This document shows positions 39,163 to 48,567 of a DNA stretch of 64,000 nt, one piece after another. The translations under genes and the position numbers were made by a program. Source of the stretch: an uncultured Planctomycetia bacterium (lineage in GTDB: Bacteria > Planctomycetota > MHYJ01 > CAYXQY01); contig CAZOLI010000009.1 of NCBI GenBank assembly GCA_964580675.1, forward strand, positions 7,008-71,007, given 5' to 3'. Numbering within the stretch: the first letter of the stretch is position 1; the number at the start of each line of letters is the position of its first letter. The notes below the pieces were generated by a model. That model worked only from the letters and a program-made list of their open reading frames with translations. It did not search any database and was not told the DNA's origin.

Positions 39163-39350
39163 AACAGAAGTTCACGGAATTGATTCAATCCGAAGGTAAC
39201 AGAAAAGATTTGTAACCTGTATACTCCGTCAAACTATTGTTTCTTCGACGACAGTTCAATATAATGAAGAATTATCGACTTCTTCTGTCGTTGTTTTGTA
39301 ACACCGTTCTGTCATGCGGTGTTCGTTGGTTCACATTCAGGGAAAGACCA

Positions 39351-39788
39351 ATGCCACTTCAAAACCACCTGGAACTCCTCGAGGAAAACGTCCGTGACTA
39401 CAATGGACGGAATGCCGAACTGATTGGATTTTTGCCCGACCTCTCTCAATTGATGATAAACGTGCTTCAGCATGAGGATACCGGGTACGAATACCGTGAG
39501 TGGATCCTCAAAGTGCAGGGTTATCAAACCATTTCCGAAGACGTCATTCCGGAGGAGGTACACGGCGTCCCCGGTTACATTGACGACCTCTGGTTGTGTG
39601 CTTACGTCATCAACATGATGATCGACCAGGAGGAAAACTTACGACCACTCGAGGACAACTGGACGAAGGATATCCCTCTTATGGAAGTTTTGAACGAAAT
39701 TATTCAAACCGGTGATGAAGTACTGGGAGACCGTGCGGAAAAAATCCTCGATTTCGTAAACATCCCCCGGAATTCGAAGGTTTCGTAA
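39351..39788 (+). CDS. YkvA/DUF1232-like protein
   Basis: DVIPEEVHGVPGYIDDLWL motif; ATG 39351 with GGAAAG SD. Confidence 0.7.
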   Translation: MPLQNHLELLEENVRDYNGRNAELIGFLPDLSQLMINVLQHEDTGYEYREWILKVQGYQTISEDVIPEEVHGVPGYIDDLWLCAYVINMMIDQEENLRPLEDNWTKDIPLMEVLNEIIQTGDEVLGDRAEKILDFVNIPRNSKVS

Positions 39789-39824
39789 AGCGTATGGCCG
39801 GGATCGGGCAACCATCCGGGTTCC

Positions 39825-41072
39825 TTAACGAAGGTCATCAAGGCGGTTGTGAACGATTCGCCGGGCCGCGGTTAACGGTCCGACATCCGACGCCCTGGCT
39901 TTCTCGTATACGCTCCGCAAATTCTCCGGGATAACCCGGAGGTGCTCACGAACATCCCCCATAACCTCCGAAACCTCCCGGTTTGCATTTTCCGGCTTCA
40001 TTTCGTGAATGCCCTGGATCACGCCGCCGGCGTTGGCGATGGATTCCGGCTGGTAGAACACCCCGTTTCCGAGAAGCCGCTTTTCGTCCTCTTCTTCATC
40101 CTCGAGTACACAGTTTGCGACCGGCGCCACCACGGTTGCATTCAGTTCGGGAATGGTGGTTTCATTCAGCACGTTTGCCGGACCCGCCGGAACCAGAACA
40201 TCACAATCCTGACGATAAATGTCCTCCGGGGCCACGGTCGTCACTTCGTAATTCTCCTCAACGGAGGAAAGCCGTTCCGAATCCACGTCCGTAACGGTCA
40301 CCGTCGCTCCTCTGTCCACCAGAAGTTCGATCACTTCAATCCCGGTTCGGCCGACGCCCTGAACGGCAAAGGAACGGTCGGAAAGATCAGCGTCGTTCCA
40401 GCGACTCCGTTCCGCCAGCCAGGAGGCCGTTTCCTCGAGGGCCAGCATCCAACCTTCCGCCGTTACCCGGCCCGTGTGGGGGAATACCGGACGGTCACCT
40501 GCCCCCGCGCAGGCAATGTACGCCGTTTCCTCCGCGATCACGGAGAACTCCGAAGGGGAAAAACCCATGTCCGGACCGGCGACAAAACCCCCAAACTGCT
40601 CCAGAATTCGGCCAATACCTCGAAGATATTCGTCCGTTTTCTCCGGTCCGGTACCGGTAACCACGATTTTCCCCCCGCCAATCTCCAGTTGATGGATCCG
40701 AGCTTTTCGGGTCATTACCTTTGAAAGCGCCAGTGCTTCCCGCCAGGTTTCGTCACCACTCTCTCCCGAACGGAACCGGATGCCGCCGAACGGCAGACCG
40801 GGGGTTCGGCTGTGAATCGACATCACCATTTTCAGGTTCGACGGAGGATGGCGGTAAATCCATGTGCCCGCGTGTTTCCCTTCGGACATTTCCCGAACAA
40901 TACTCGCGGTCTCGGACCAGTCCACCGGATCACCATCCGCCAGCGTTACAAATTCACCGGTATCAAACCGTTGCTGAACAACGATTTCTCCGGTTTTTTC
41001 CCGATCCATTCGTTCAAAGATGCTCATGACGACCGTACGGAAAATCGAAGGATCAACATCATTCTTCAACAT
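39825..41072 (-). CDS. Glu/Leu/Phe/Val dehydrogenase family protein
   Basis: FGGIRF, IGGGK, AGPDMG, VQGVGRTG, ANAGG. Confidence 0.88.
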   Translation of the reverse strand: MLKNDVDPSIFRTVVMSIFERMDREKTGEIVVQQRFDTGEFVTLADGDPVDWSETASIVREMSEGKHAGTWIYRHPPSNLKMVMSIHSRTPGLPFGGIRFRSGESGDETWREALALSKVMTRKARIHQLEIGGGKIVVTGTGPEKTDEYLRGIGRILEQFGGFVAGPDMGFSPSEFSVIAEETAYIACAGAGDRPVFPHTGRVTAEGWMLALEETASWLAERSRWNDADLSDRSFAVQGVGRTGIEVIELLVDRGATVTVTDVDSERLSSVEENYEVTTVAPEDIYRQDCDVLVPAGPANVLNETTIPELNATVVAPVANCVLEDEEEDEKRLLGNGVFYQPESIANAGGVIQGIHEMKPENANREVSEVMGDVREHLRVIPENLRSVYEKARASDVGPLTAARRIVHNRLDDLR

Positions 41073-41183
41073 ACGGTATGGATTACGAATCTGGCAGGGA
41101 AGGAAAACTCCTGTCTCTGTCCTCGGGACGGGTGAGCCCCGCACCGAAATTGCCATCCCGTTCCGCCGATCCGGAACAGGACG

Positions 41184-43712
41184 TTATATGAGTTGCGTCC
41201 GTTTCCTCAGGAACCACTCGATGCCCAGAATCGTAACGAACAGAAACAGAAACAGTGGGGCGTTCCAGAGCTGCTCGCGATCCGACCGGAGAGACACCTT
41301 TTCCGGTTTCCGGTAAAGAAGGTCATACAGCGGTTTGGGTTCGGATTCGCCGGACGGGGGAACAATGTTGTGGAGAAACCGAAATTCACCGTTGGTTTCC
41401 CGGGAAATTTTATTCAGGAGATCGGGATTCACTTCGGGATTTTTTCCTTCGACATCCAGCGGAACCACCTTGAACGACGTTTCGTCGTAATCATCCACAT
41501 CGTCATCTGAACTTTGCCGGGTCGAGTACGTACCGATCCACGCCCTGTAGTCCCCGAGATCCCGGGGGCGGAAGGTGCCTTTGTAGTTTCCGGGTTCATC
41601 CTGTTTATGCAGAGTGACCGTCTCTTCGCGATTCAGGTCCTTCTGTTCGATGTGAACGGTGACTTCATCACGGTCGGCCGGTTTGTAGTCACGATTGAGC
41701 ACCTGCGCATATACCTGTACCTTTTCCCCGGGATTGTATTCATCTTTTTCCACCCGAATCCGGTACCGTTTTGTGCCCATGAGCCGTCCCCCTCGAAGCC
41801 ACCGAACGGACTCACTCCAGAAGGAGTAATAATATCGATCACCAATAATTTTTCGCATGGAATACCAGATGTCGTCCGATCCGACGAACATGGTTCGGCC
41901 CCGTCCGTACCGCTGGACCGTAACGATCGGGACCGGATCCCCATTTCGTGTCGCCTTTGGATGAACGGCAAGGGTATGGGCACCAAGTTTTGCCTTTTCA
42001 ACGGGCTGATACCAGCGAAGGGGTTGAGGAAGACTTTCCTTGTTCTTGCGGTTGTCCTCCCAGAGTTCGACGTTTTTTTCCGGATCGGAGACAAGGCGCA
42101 TTACGGGATGATCCCTTCCCTGCGGCGTCAATTTTGGACGGAAGGGTTGTGGGTTCTTGCGGTTGGCGGATCTTGCCGTATCGCCGACGACGACCGGAAG
42201 AAGGTCTTCAAGGGGCGTATCGATAAAGCTTTCCGGATTATGATTTGGACCGGTTAAGAAAAGCACACCCCCCCCCAGTTCGTCGACGAAGGCCTTGATC
42301 CGCTCCATAATCTCCTCCTCCGATGTGGCCCCGACGGACTTGAGCTGTGAGGGGGTTATATCCCCAAGAATAATGACGTCGTAATTGGCCAGTTCCTTCC
42401 GGGTCTGCGGAAATTTGCTTGCCGGCTCCACTCCCGGACTGGAGGGCTGGGGATACGTGGGATCCGCACTCTGCAGAAGAACCTGGACCTTCAGGGTCTT
42501 GTCCCGGATCATCGCATTTTTCAGGAACCGGTATTCGTACCGGGGAAGCCCTTCGATGTAAAACACCCGTATTTCTCGATCAACCACCCGGAGGTTATGT
42601 GAGATTTTGTTGTTTTTGGTCTGAATCTCTTCCGGCTTCGGTTCAACACCGACTTCGACCTGATAATTTCCCGTCTCTTTTGGGGTCCATTTTAATATTT
42701 CCTCCTGTTTTTCCCCGTTCCCTTTCAGGGTAATGTCCTTCGTTTTGAGCGTTTCGCCGGAGGAGGTTCGGAGGTATGCCGTTGCGGATTTTGAATCCTC
42801 CTTCCGCAGTCCCTGGCTTTTTATCGTTGCCTTGAACACCACCGGATCGGGGGCATCCGCCTGCGCAGCGTCCGGTGCTTCCAGGTCCGTCATCACAATG
42901 TCTTTTGGTTTGTACGGATTACCAACCGCAACGGTATAGATGGGGATGTCATCTCCCCTTTGACTGATCTTGCGGGCCGCCTGCCGGGGATCGGCACCGA
43001 TATTGGACTGTCCGTCGGTAAAGATGACAATCGCCGACGTCTGGTGCCCCTGCTGTTTTTTCAGCGTCTGATTTATGGCGTCTCCCAGTGCCGTACCTCC
43101 GGATTCTTCGGCCTCCGTAAAATCTCCTTCGGACGGTGCATTTTGCAGGGAGGTGGCAAACTGATACTCCTTCAGTACCTGATCCTTCGACATTTTTTCA
43201 AGGAGTTTGAGTTCCTCGTTGTTCAGCGTCCGGTTCAGTATATTCAGCCGGCTCATGTTGGATAGGCGGCTTCTCAAATTCCCCGGGTTTTCCTCCCCGT
43301 CGTCCTGAAGCCCCGTAACCCGGCCCAGTTTGTTAATGATGTTGTCATCCCGGTACCGATCCTGGAACGTCATACTCTTGGAAGTATCCACCACCACCGC
43401 CACCTGGCTCTCCTGCTTCAGCGTGATCTGACGGTACAGGTACGGCTGGAATATCATAACAAGAATAAGCAGAACCGCCAGAACACGCAGTCCCCCCAGA
43501 AGTATTCGATAGGGGTTCGGGAGGTTTGGCTCAAAACGATATACCAGAAACGCAAATCCCAGAACAGCGGGAATAATAATCAACACGATGATCCACGTTT
43601 CCGGCATGTTGGCCCAGCCGAGTTTCCACTCTTCACCGGACCCGAACACATTTTCATCGAGGTTTAACAGCCACTTCAATATAGTGGTAAAAAAGCCATT
43701 TCCCAGTAACAT
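41184..43712 (-). CDS. VWA + class I glutamine-amidotransferase-like membrane protein
   Basis: VVVDTSKSM MIDAS, FTDGQSN, YIEGLPRYEYRFL, YGRGRTMFVGSD; terminal TMs. Confidence 0.82.
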   Translation of the reverse strand: MLLGNGFFTTILKWLLNLDENVFGSGEEWKLGWANMPETWIIVLIIIPAVLGFAFLVYRFEPNLPNPYRILLGGLRVLAVLLILVMIFQPYLYRQITLKQESQVAVVVDTSKSMTFQDRYRDDNIINKLGRVTGLQDDGEENPGNLRSRLSNMSRLNILNRTLNNEELKLLEKMSKDQVLKEYQFATSLQNAPSEGDFTEAEESGGTALGDAINQTLKKQQGHQTSAIVIFTDGQSNIGADPRQAARKISQRGDDIPIYTVAVGNPYKPKDIVMTDLEAPDAAQADAPDPVVFKATIKSQGLRKEDSKSATAYLRTSSGETLKTKDITLKGNGEKQEEILKWTPKETGNYQVEVGVEPKPEEIQTKNNKISHNLRVVDREIRVFYIEGLPRYEYRFLKNAMIRDKTLKVQVLLQSADPTYPQPSSPGVEPASKFPQTRKELANYDVIILGDITPSQLKSVGATSEEEIMERIKAFVDELGGGVLFLTGPNHNPESFIDTPLEDLLPVVVGDTARSANRKNPQPFRPKLTPQGRDHPVMRLVSDPEKNVELWEDNRKNKESLPQPLRWYQPVEKAKLGAHTLAVHPKATRNGDPVPIVTVQRYGRGRTMFVGSDDIWYSMRKIIGDRYYYSFWSESVRWLRGGRLMGTKRYRIRVEKDEYNPGEKVQVYAQVLNRDYKPADRDEVTVHIEQKDLNREETVTLHKQDEPGNYKGTFRPRDLGDYRAWIGTYSTRQSSDDDVDDYDETSFKVVPLDVEGKNPEVNPDLLNKISRETNGEFRFLHNIVPPSGESEPKPLYDLLYRKPEKVSLRSDREQLWNAPLFLFLFVTILGIEWFLRKRTQLI

Positions 43713-45943
43713 TAACCCACCTCTCGTCTCCTATCGATGCGAAGTGCAAGCAAACTCTCCAGGGCGAGAAACCCGATAAGCAGAAACGCGAGGACTTTCC
43801 AGATATTACTCTTTTTTTCCTTCATTTCCGTCTGACCCTGTTCCTGCGTTCCACCACCGACGAACTGAAAATCAAATTTTGGGTAAGCGTTCTCCAGTTC
43901 CTTTTTGCTTGTTCTCGTGAGATCACCCTCCGATGGTTCAAGATTGACGGCAATCACGTCTTCGTCCACCCATTTTTTGTTGGCTTCCTCGGATTCTTTC
44001 CGGAGACTGTAAATGCCCATTTCATCCAGATCCCGGAGGTTCAGCACGTATCCTCCGTCCCGTAGCGAGCGGGGATTCAACGTCGTCTGCCGGTCCTCGG
44101 GATCCGTCAGTCGAAATTTCTTGTTGTAATCAAATTCCGTTACGGGCAGATCCACCACATCCCCCACCTTTATGTTCCTCACGCCCATTCGCTGACCGAG
44201 GAGGTACTGCGCCATCTCGTTGACCAGAATGGGAAACCCCTGGAAGTTGGACCAGAGATTCCATTCCTGATCAGCTGACGTGGTCACTGTCAGAAGTTTT
44301 CCCTGACCGATCAGCCGCTCCAGAATGGCCGGACTATTTGCGGCGTCGTCAAAATTGGCGAGAGTCCACGTGTTCGGGTCTTCCGGATCCACCGTCACAC
44401 GAATCCACTTCTGTGTGATCAGGGCTGAAAGATGCTGTGGATAATCCTCAAAAATCTGAAAAATGGGATGGGAAAATTCCACATCCGTGAGTCGAGCCAG
44501 GTTCCCTTCCTGGTACGATCGTTCCACGAGCTCCTCAAGTTTCCCGGGGAGAAACGGTTCTTTTGCGTCAAGCAGTACCTCGTTGTACTGTTCTATGGTC
44601 ACCTCGTCACCAAGAAACATCAGTACCCCTCCTCCACGCTTGACAAATCGAGTCAGGTCCTGTTTTCGGGCCTCCCGAACGGTGGAGAGATTGGCCAGAA
44701 TGACGAGGTCGAAATTTAGCAGTGATTGGTCACGGAACATGAAGTCGGAAACGACTTTGGTACTGAACGGACTTGATCCCTCCGAAGGATTCAGTGCCGT
44801 TTCCACAAAAAAGGACTCGTTTTCCGTTTTTGAGGCTTCCCCCATGTCCCCGTCCACAATCAGAACATCAATTTTTTTCTTTACGTTAAGCGCGCGATAT
44901 CGCCTGTTGTCCGGCTCCAGTTTGTCCGTTTCGAGTTCCACGTGCAGATTATGGGGTCCCGTATCCGAAAATCGCACATCCCGGAACTCCTTCGGCACGG
45001 TTGAATTCGGTTTTATGTTCAGATCAAGGGATTCCACCTTTTGATTATCCCGGTACAGGGTGATGGTGCCGGTTTTGTTGTTTCCGGAGAAATTCCGCAC
45101 CTGTGCCGTCACGGACACTCCCTGATCGGTAACCACAAATTCCCGATCCATACTCAGATCCACAATTCCAAGGTTATCCGTCCGTTTGGTTCCCACATCC
45201 ACCAGCGCGACGGAGTCCACGGAATCGGTCATGGCATTCAGTTTCTCCTTGATTTCCTGACCGGTTTTCTGTTCTTCCGGGAACCACGAATTCTGCTGCA
45301 TATCCGTGAACCAGAACACTTTCTTCTCCATGTTCTCGTCCTCGATCTTGTCCACGTTCTGTTTCAGCAGATCAATGGTTGATTTCAGGTCCGCGCCGTA
45401 ATTCGACGGTTCAAGTTCCTCAATAAGGTCTATGGCCCGGCTCCGATCCTGACTCGGGTCCCCGACGATTTCCCGGGGGTTGGCCGATGCGGTCAGAATG
45501 GATATCCGGTCCCCGTTTTCCGGCCGAAAATTGTTCTCCACCAGTTTTTTGGCCCGGTTTCGCGCGTCGTCAAACACCGTTTTTTTCGCGCCCCCGGCCT
45601 CCGGCTTTTTCTTGGACATGCTGTATGAATCATCCACCACAACGATCATGTGTTTTTTCGTCTCCGCCCCGAACACATCAACCGGCGTATTGAAAAACGG
45701 CTGAGCCAGGGCGAAACCGAGCAGCGCAAGCAGGAGGAAACGCAGCAGAAGGAGCAGCAGGTTTTCCAGCTGAACCCGCCGCCGCGTCTTTTCCTCGGCG
45801 CGGAGCAGAAACTCCATGGCCGCCCAGTCCATTTTCTGGTAAAAAGTCCGGTTCAGGATATGGATGATGATGGGCACGGACCCCAGAAGTAACCCGAGAC
45901 CGGCCATCAGCGGACTTGTCAGAAAACTCGTCAGGAAGTTCAT
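43712..45943 (-). CDS. BatA-domain VWA protein
   Basis: PIIIHILNR...WAAMEFL...LLLLLR...LAQP (BatA), VVVDDSYSM, FTDMQ. Confidence 0.88.
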   Translation of the reverse strand: MNFLTSFLTSPLMAGLGLLLGSVPIIIHILNRTFYQKMDWAAMEFLLRAEEKTRRRVQLENLLLLLLRFLLLALLGFALAQPFFNTPVDVFGAETKKHMIVVVDDSYSMSKKKPEAGGAKKTVFDDARNRAKKLVENNFRPENGDRISILTASANPREIVGDPSQDRSRAIDLIEELEPSNYGADLKSTIDLLKQNVDKIEDENMEKKVFWFTDMQQNSWFPEEQKTGQEIKEKLNAMTDSVDSVALVDVGTKRTDNLGIVDLSMDREFVVTDQGVSVTAQVRNFSGNNKTGTITLYRDNQKVESLDLNIKPNSTVPKEFRDVRFSDTGPHNLHVELETDKLEPDNRRYRALNVKKKIDVLIVDGDMGEASKTENESFFVETALNPSEGSSPFSTKVVSDFMFRDQSLLNFDLVILANLSTVREARKQDLTRFVKRGGGVLMFLGDEVTIEQYNEVLLDAKEPFLPGKLEELVERSYQEGNLARLTDVEFSHPIFQIFEDYPQHLSALITQKWIRVTVDPEDPNTWTLANFDDAANSPAILERLIGQGKLLTVTTSADQEWNLWSNFQGFPILVNEMAQYLLGQRMGVRNIKVGDVVDLPVTEFDYNKKFRLTDPEDRQTTLNPRSLRDGGYVLNLRDLDEMGIYSLRKESEEANKKWVDEDVIAVNLEPSEGDLTRTSKKELENAYPKFDFQFVGGGTQEQGQTEMKEKKSNIWKVLAFLLIGFLALESLLALRIDRRREVG

Positions 45944-46848
45944 CCTTTGCTCCTGAGCATTCCCATTCGCTTCGCGAGATACGTACTAAGAGCGACGTCC
46001 AGTTTTTCGTCGGTCCGGATCATCTTGTAATCCATCGAATTGGCCAGGCAGGCACTTTCAATCTGGGTGTTGTGTTCCTCAATTTCTTCGAGATACGCCT
46101 CCCGCAGGGCCTTCGGATCCGCGAGAAGTTCATCCGGCAATTCCATCCCCTTAAACCGGGTCATCTCCTTCATCGGAAACTCCACCTCGTACGGATCCAG
46201 AATCTGCATCACAATGACGTCGTGTTCCCGGTGACGGAAATGAGACAGCCCCCCTTCTATGGCGTCCGTGTCGTCAAAGAGGTCACTGATAATAATCACA
46301 AGCCCACGGTGAGAAATTCGCTGTGCCGCCTCATTCAAAATCTGGTCCATGTCCGTCTTTTCGGAGGGGCTCAGATCCGAGAGCATTTTGACAATTGTCT
46401 GAAAATGAGCGGAACTGTTCGATGGTGATATGAAATCCTGAATCCCTTCGTCAAACGTGATCAGACCCACACCATCCTGCTGCTGGATAACCAGGTACGC
46501 AAGAGACGCGGCAACGTATCGGGTGTATTCCAGTTTGCTTACCCGGTCCTCGGACGCGTAATCCATCGATTTGCTCAGATCAACGATGAGGTTTACCCGG
46601 AGGTTCGTTTCCTGCTCGTACTCCTTAATATATAGGCGATCCGTCCGGGCAAATACCTTCCAGTCCAGGTGGCGCAGATCATCGCCCGGAACGTACTCAC
46701 GATGCTGAGCAAATTCAACACTGACTCCCTTATACGGACTCTCATGCATTCCCGAGATAAATCCTTCGACAATGCGCCGGGCTTTCAGCTCCAGTCCTCC
46801 AACCTGATTTAAAACCTTTGGGTCCAGGTATTTTTGTGGATCACTCAT
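45940..46848 (-). CDS. DUF58 family protein
   Basis: EFAQHREYVPGDDLRHLDWK, IKEYEQETN, VDLSKSM, IISDL. Confidence 0.93.
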   Translation of the reverse strand: MSDPQKYLDPKVLNQVGGLELKARRIVEGFISGMHESPYKGVSVEFAQHREYVPGDDLRHLDWKVFARTDRLYIKEYEQETNLRVNLIVDLSKSMDYASEDRVSKLEYTRYVAASLAYLVIQQQDGVGLITFDEGIQDFISPSNSSAHFQTIVKMLSDLSPSEKTDMDQILNEAAQRISHRGLVIIISDLFDDTDAIEGGLSHFRHREHDVIVMQILDPYEVEFPMKEMTRFKGMELPDELLADPKALREAYLEEIEEHNTQIESACLANSMDYKMIRTDEKLDVALSTYLAKRMGMLRSKG

Positions 46849-46938
46849 GAGGCACTCCTACAAGGGAGACAACTTATTCACCGAACATCCCGAACCTGCT
46901 GAAGGACCGGTTTAACGGACACAAAACGCAAAAATCGT

Positions 46939-48042
46939 TTATCCTTCCGATGATCCCAGTACCTCGGGAAGCTCCTCGTCTTCCAGTTTCTCACTGGAGA
47001 CAGGGGGTACTTCATCCAGAAGCATATCCGTTATGTCATCCGTGTCGATGCCTTCCGCTTCGGCACTGAAGTTCGTAATCATCCGATGTCGGAGAACCGG
47101 ATGGGCCACGGCCTGGATGTCTTCCGAGGAAACGTAGGGGCGCCCGTGCAGAACAGCGCGGGCTTTTCCGCCAATAATCAGGTACTGCGTCGCTCTCGGA
47201 CCGGCTCCCCACGAAAGCCATTCCTTGACGAAGTCCGGGGCTTCTTCCTTGTCCACTCTTGTTTTTCGAACAATTTCCATTGCGTACTCGATGACCTGCT
47301 CGGCAATGGGAACCCGTCGAATAATGTCCTGGAGTTCAAGTATTCGTTCCTGTGAGAGAACCTCGTCCACTTCCTCATCAAAGGTGGACGTGGTTAACTC
47401 CATAATTTCCTTCTCCTCTTCCGCCGTCGGATAATCCACGTTAATCATGAACATAAACCGGTCCAGCTGAGCTTCCGGAAGCGGATACGTTCCTTCCTGT
47501 TCGATCGGGTTCTGAGTGGCCAGCACAAAGAACGGCTCATCAAGCGAATACTTGCTTCCACCGGCCGTTACCTGTTTCTCCTGCATTGCCTCAAGAAGTG
47601 CTGCCTGGGTTTTCGGTGGGGTTCGGTTGATTTCGTCCGCGAGAATGATGTTCGCAAACAGAGGTCCCTGCCGAAATTCAAGGTTCCGTTCGCCCGTTGA
47701 CTGATTCGTCTGAATAATCTCCGTACCGGTGATGTCCGAAGGCATCAGGTCCGGCGTAAACTGAATCCGACTGAATTCAAGCCCGAGGCACTGGGCGAGG
47801 GTTCGGACCATTAATGTTTTTGCAAGACCGGGAACCCCGACCAGAAGGGAATGACCGTCACTGAAAATGGAGATCAGAATCTGTTCGAGTACTTTTTTCT
47901 GACCGACGATGTTGCGTTCCAGCTCACTTTCAAGTGTTTCCCGAGCTTCACTTAATTGCTTGACCGCCTCAACATCACTTTCCTCAAATTCATCGGACGA
48001 TCCTCTCTTCACCTGTTCTTCGCTTTTCTCCTCGTCAGCCAT
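46939..48042 (-). CDS. moxR: MoxR-family AAA+ ATPase
   Basis: [67 protein letters not shown]. Confidence 0.95.
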   Translation of the reverse strand: MADEEKSEEQVKRGSSDEFEESDVEAVKQLSEARETLESELERNIVGQKKVLEQILISIFSDGHSLLVGVPGLAKTLMVRTLAQCLGLEFSRIQFTPDLMPSDITGTEIIQTNQSTGERNLEFRQGPLFANIILADEINRTPPKTQAALLEAMQEKQVTAGGSKYSLDEPFFVLATQNPIEQEGTYPLPEAQLDRFMFMINVDYPTAEEEKEIMELTTSTFDEEVDEVLSQERILELQDIIRRVPIAEQVIEYAMEIVRKTRVDKEEAPDFVKEWLSWGAGPRATQYLIIGGKARAVLHGRPYVSSEDIQAVAHPVLRHRMITNFSAEAEGIDTDDITDMLLDEVPPVSSEKLEDEELPEVLGSSEG

Positions 48043-48567
48043 TGTGTTTACTCCAGAATTATATCCGTTTCTTTGGCGAATAAATGACGTCCCCGACGGG
48101 TCCTTCTCCGGGTTGTACCTCACTTCAATTTACGAGATTGTCGTCGTTGCGTTTGACGGCAACCGTTGGGGATGCGGGACGTTCATCCCGGAGGCGTCGG
48201 CAAACCTGGAAGCCCGATCCAGTGTAAGCTGTGTGCTCGGACCCGAACTGTTCCTTTGATGGATCAGAAAAATCATGCTACGCAAAGAACTTCCGTTTTT
48301 CAAGAGTTATATTGATCATCTAACAACCGATCCCGGATTACGTAAATAAGCAGACACAGTCAAGGCTTTTTTTACGCTGAACTTCGCACTTCATGAAACC
48401 CCGAAAAGGTTGCCCCTCATACCCATTGGTGGTATTATGAAATGTTGTGACGGTACGTATGAAAAGGTATGGAATTGACCGTTGATGAACCAATCGCCGG
48501 CCGGAACGCCATTACATCGGTTCCTCTCGATAGTTGCCCGGAACTTTCACCTGTATACTCCCTCATC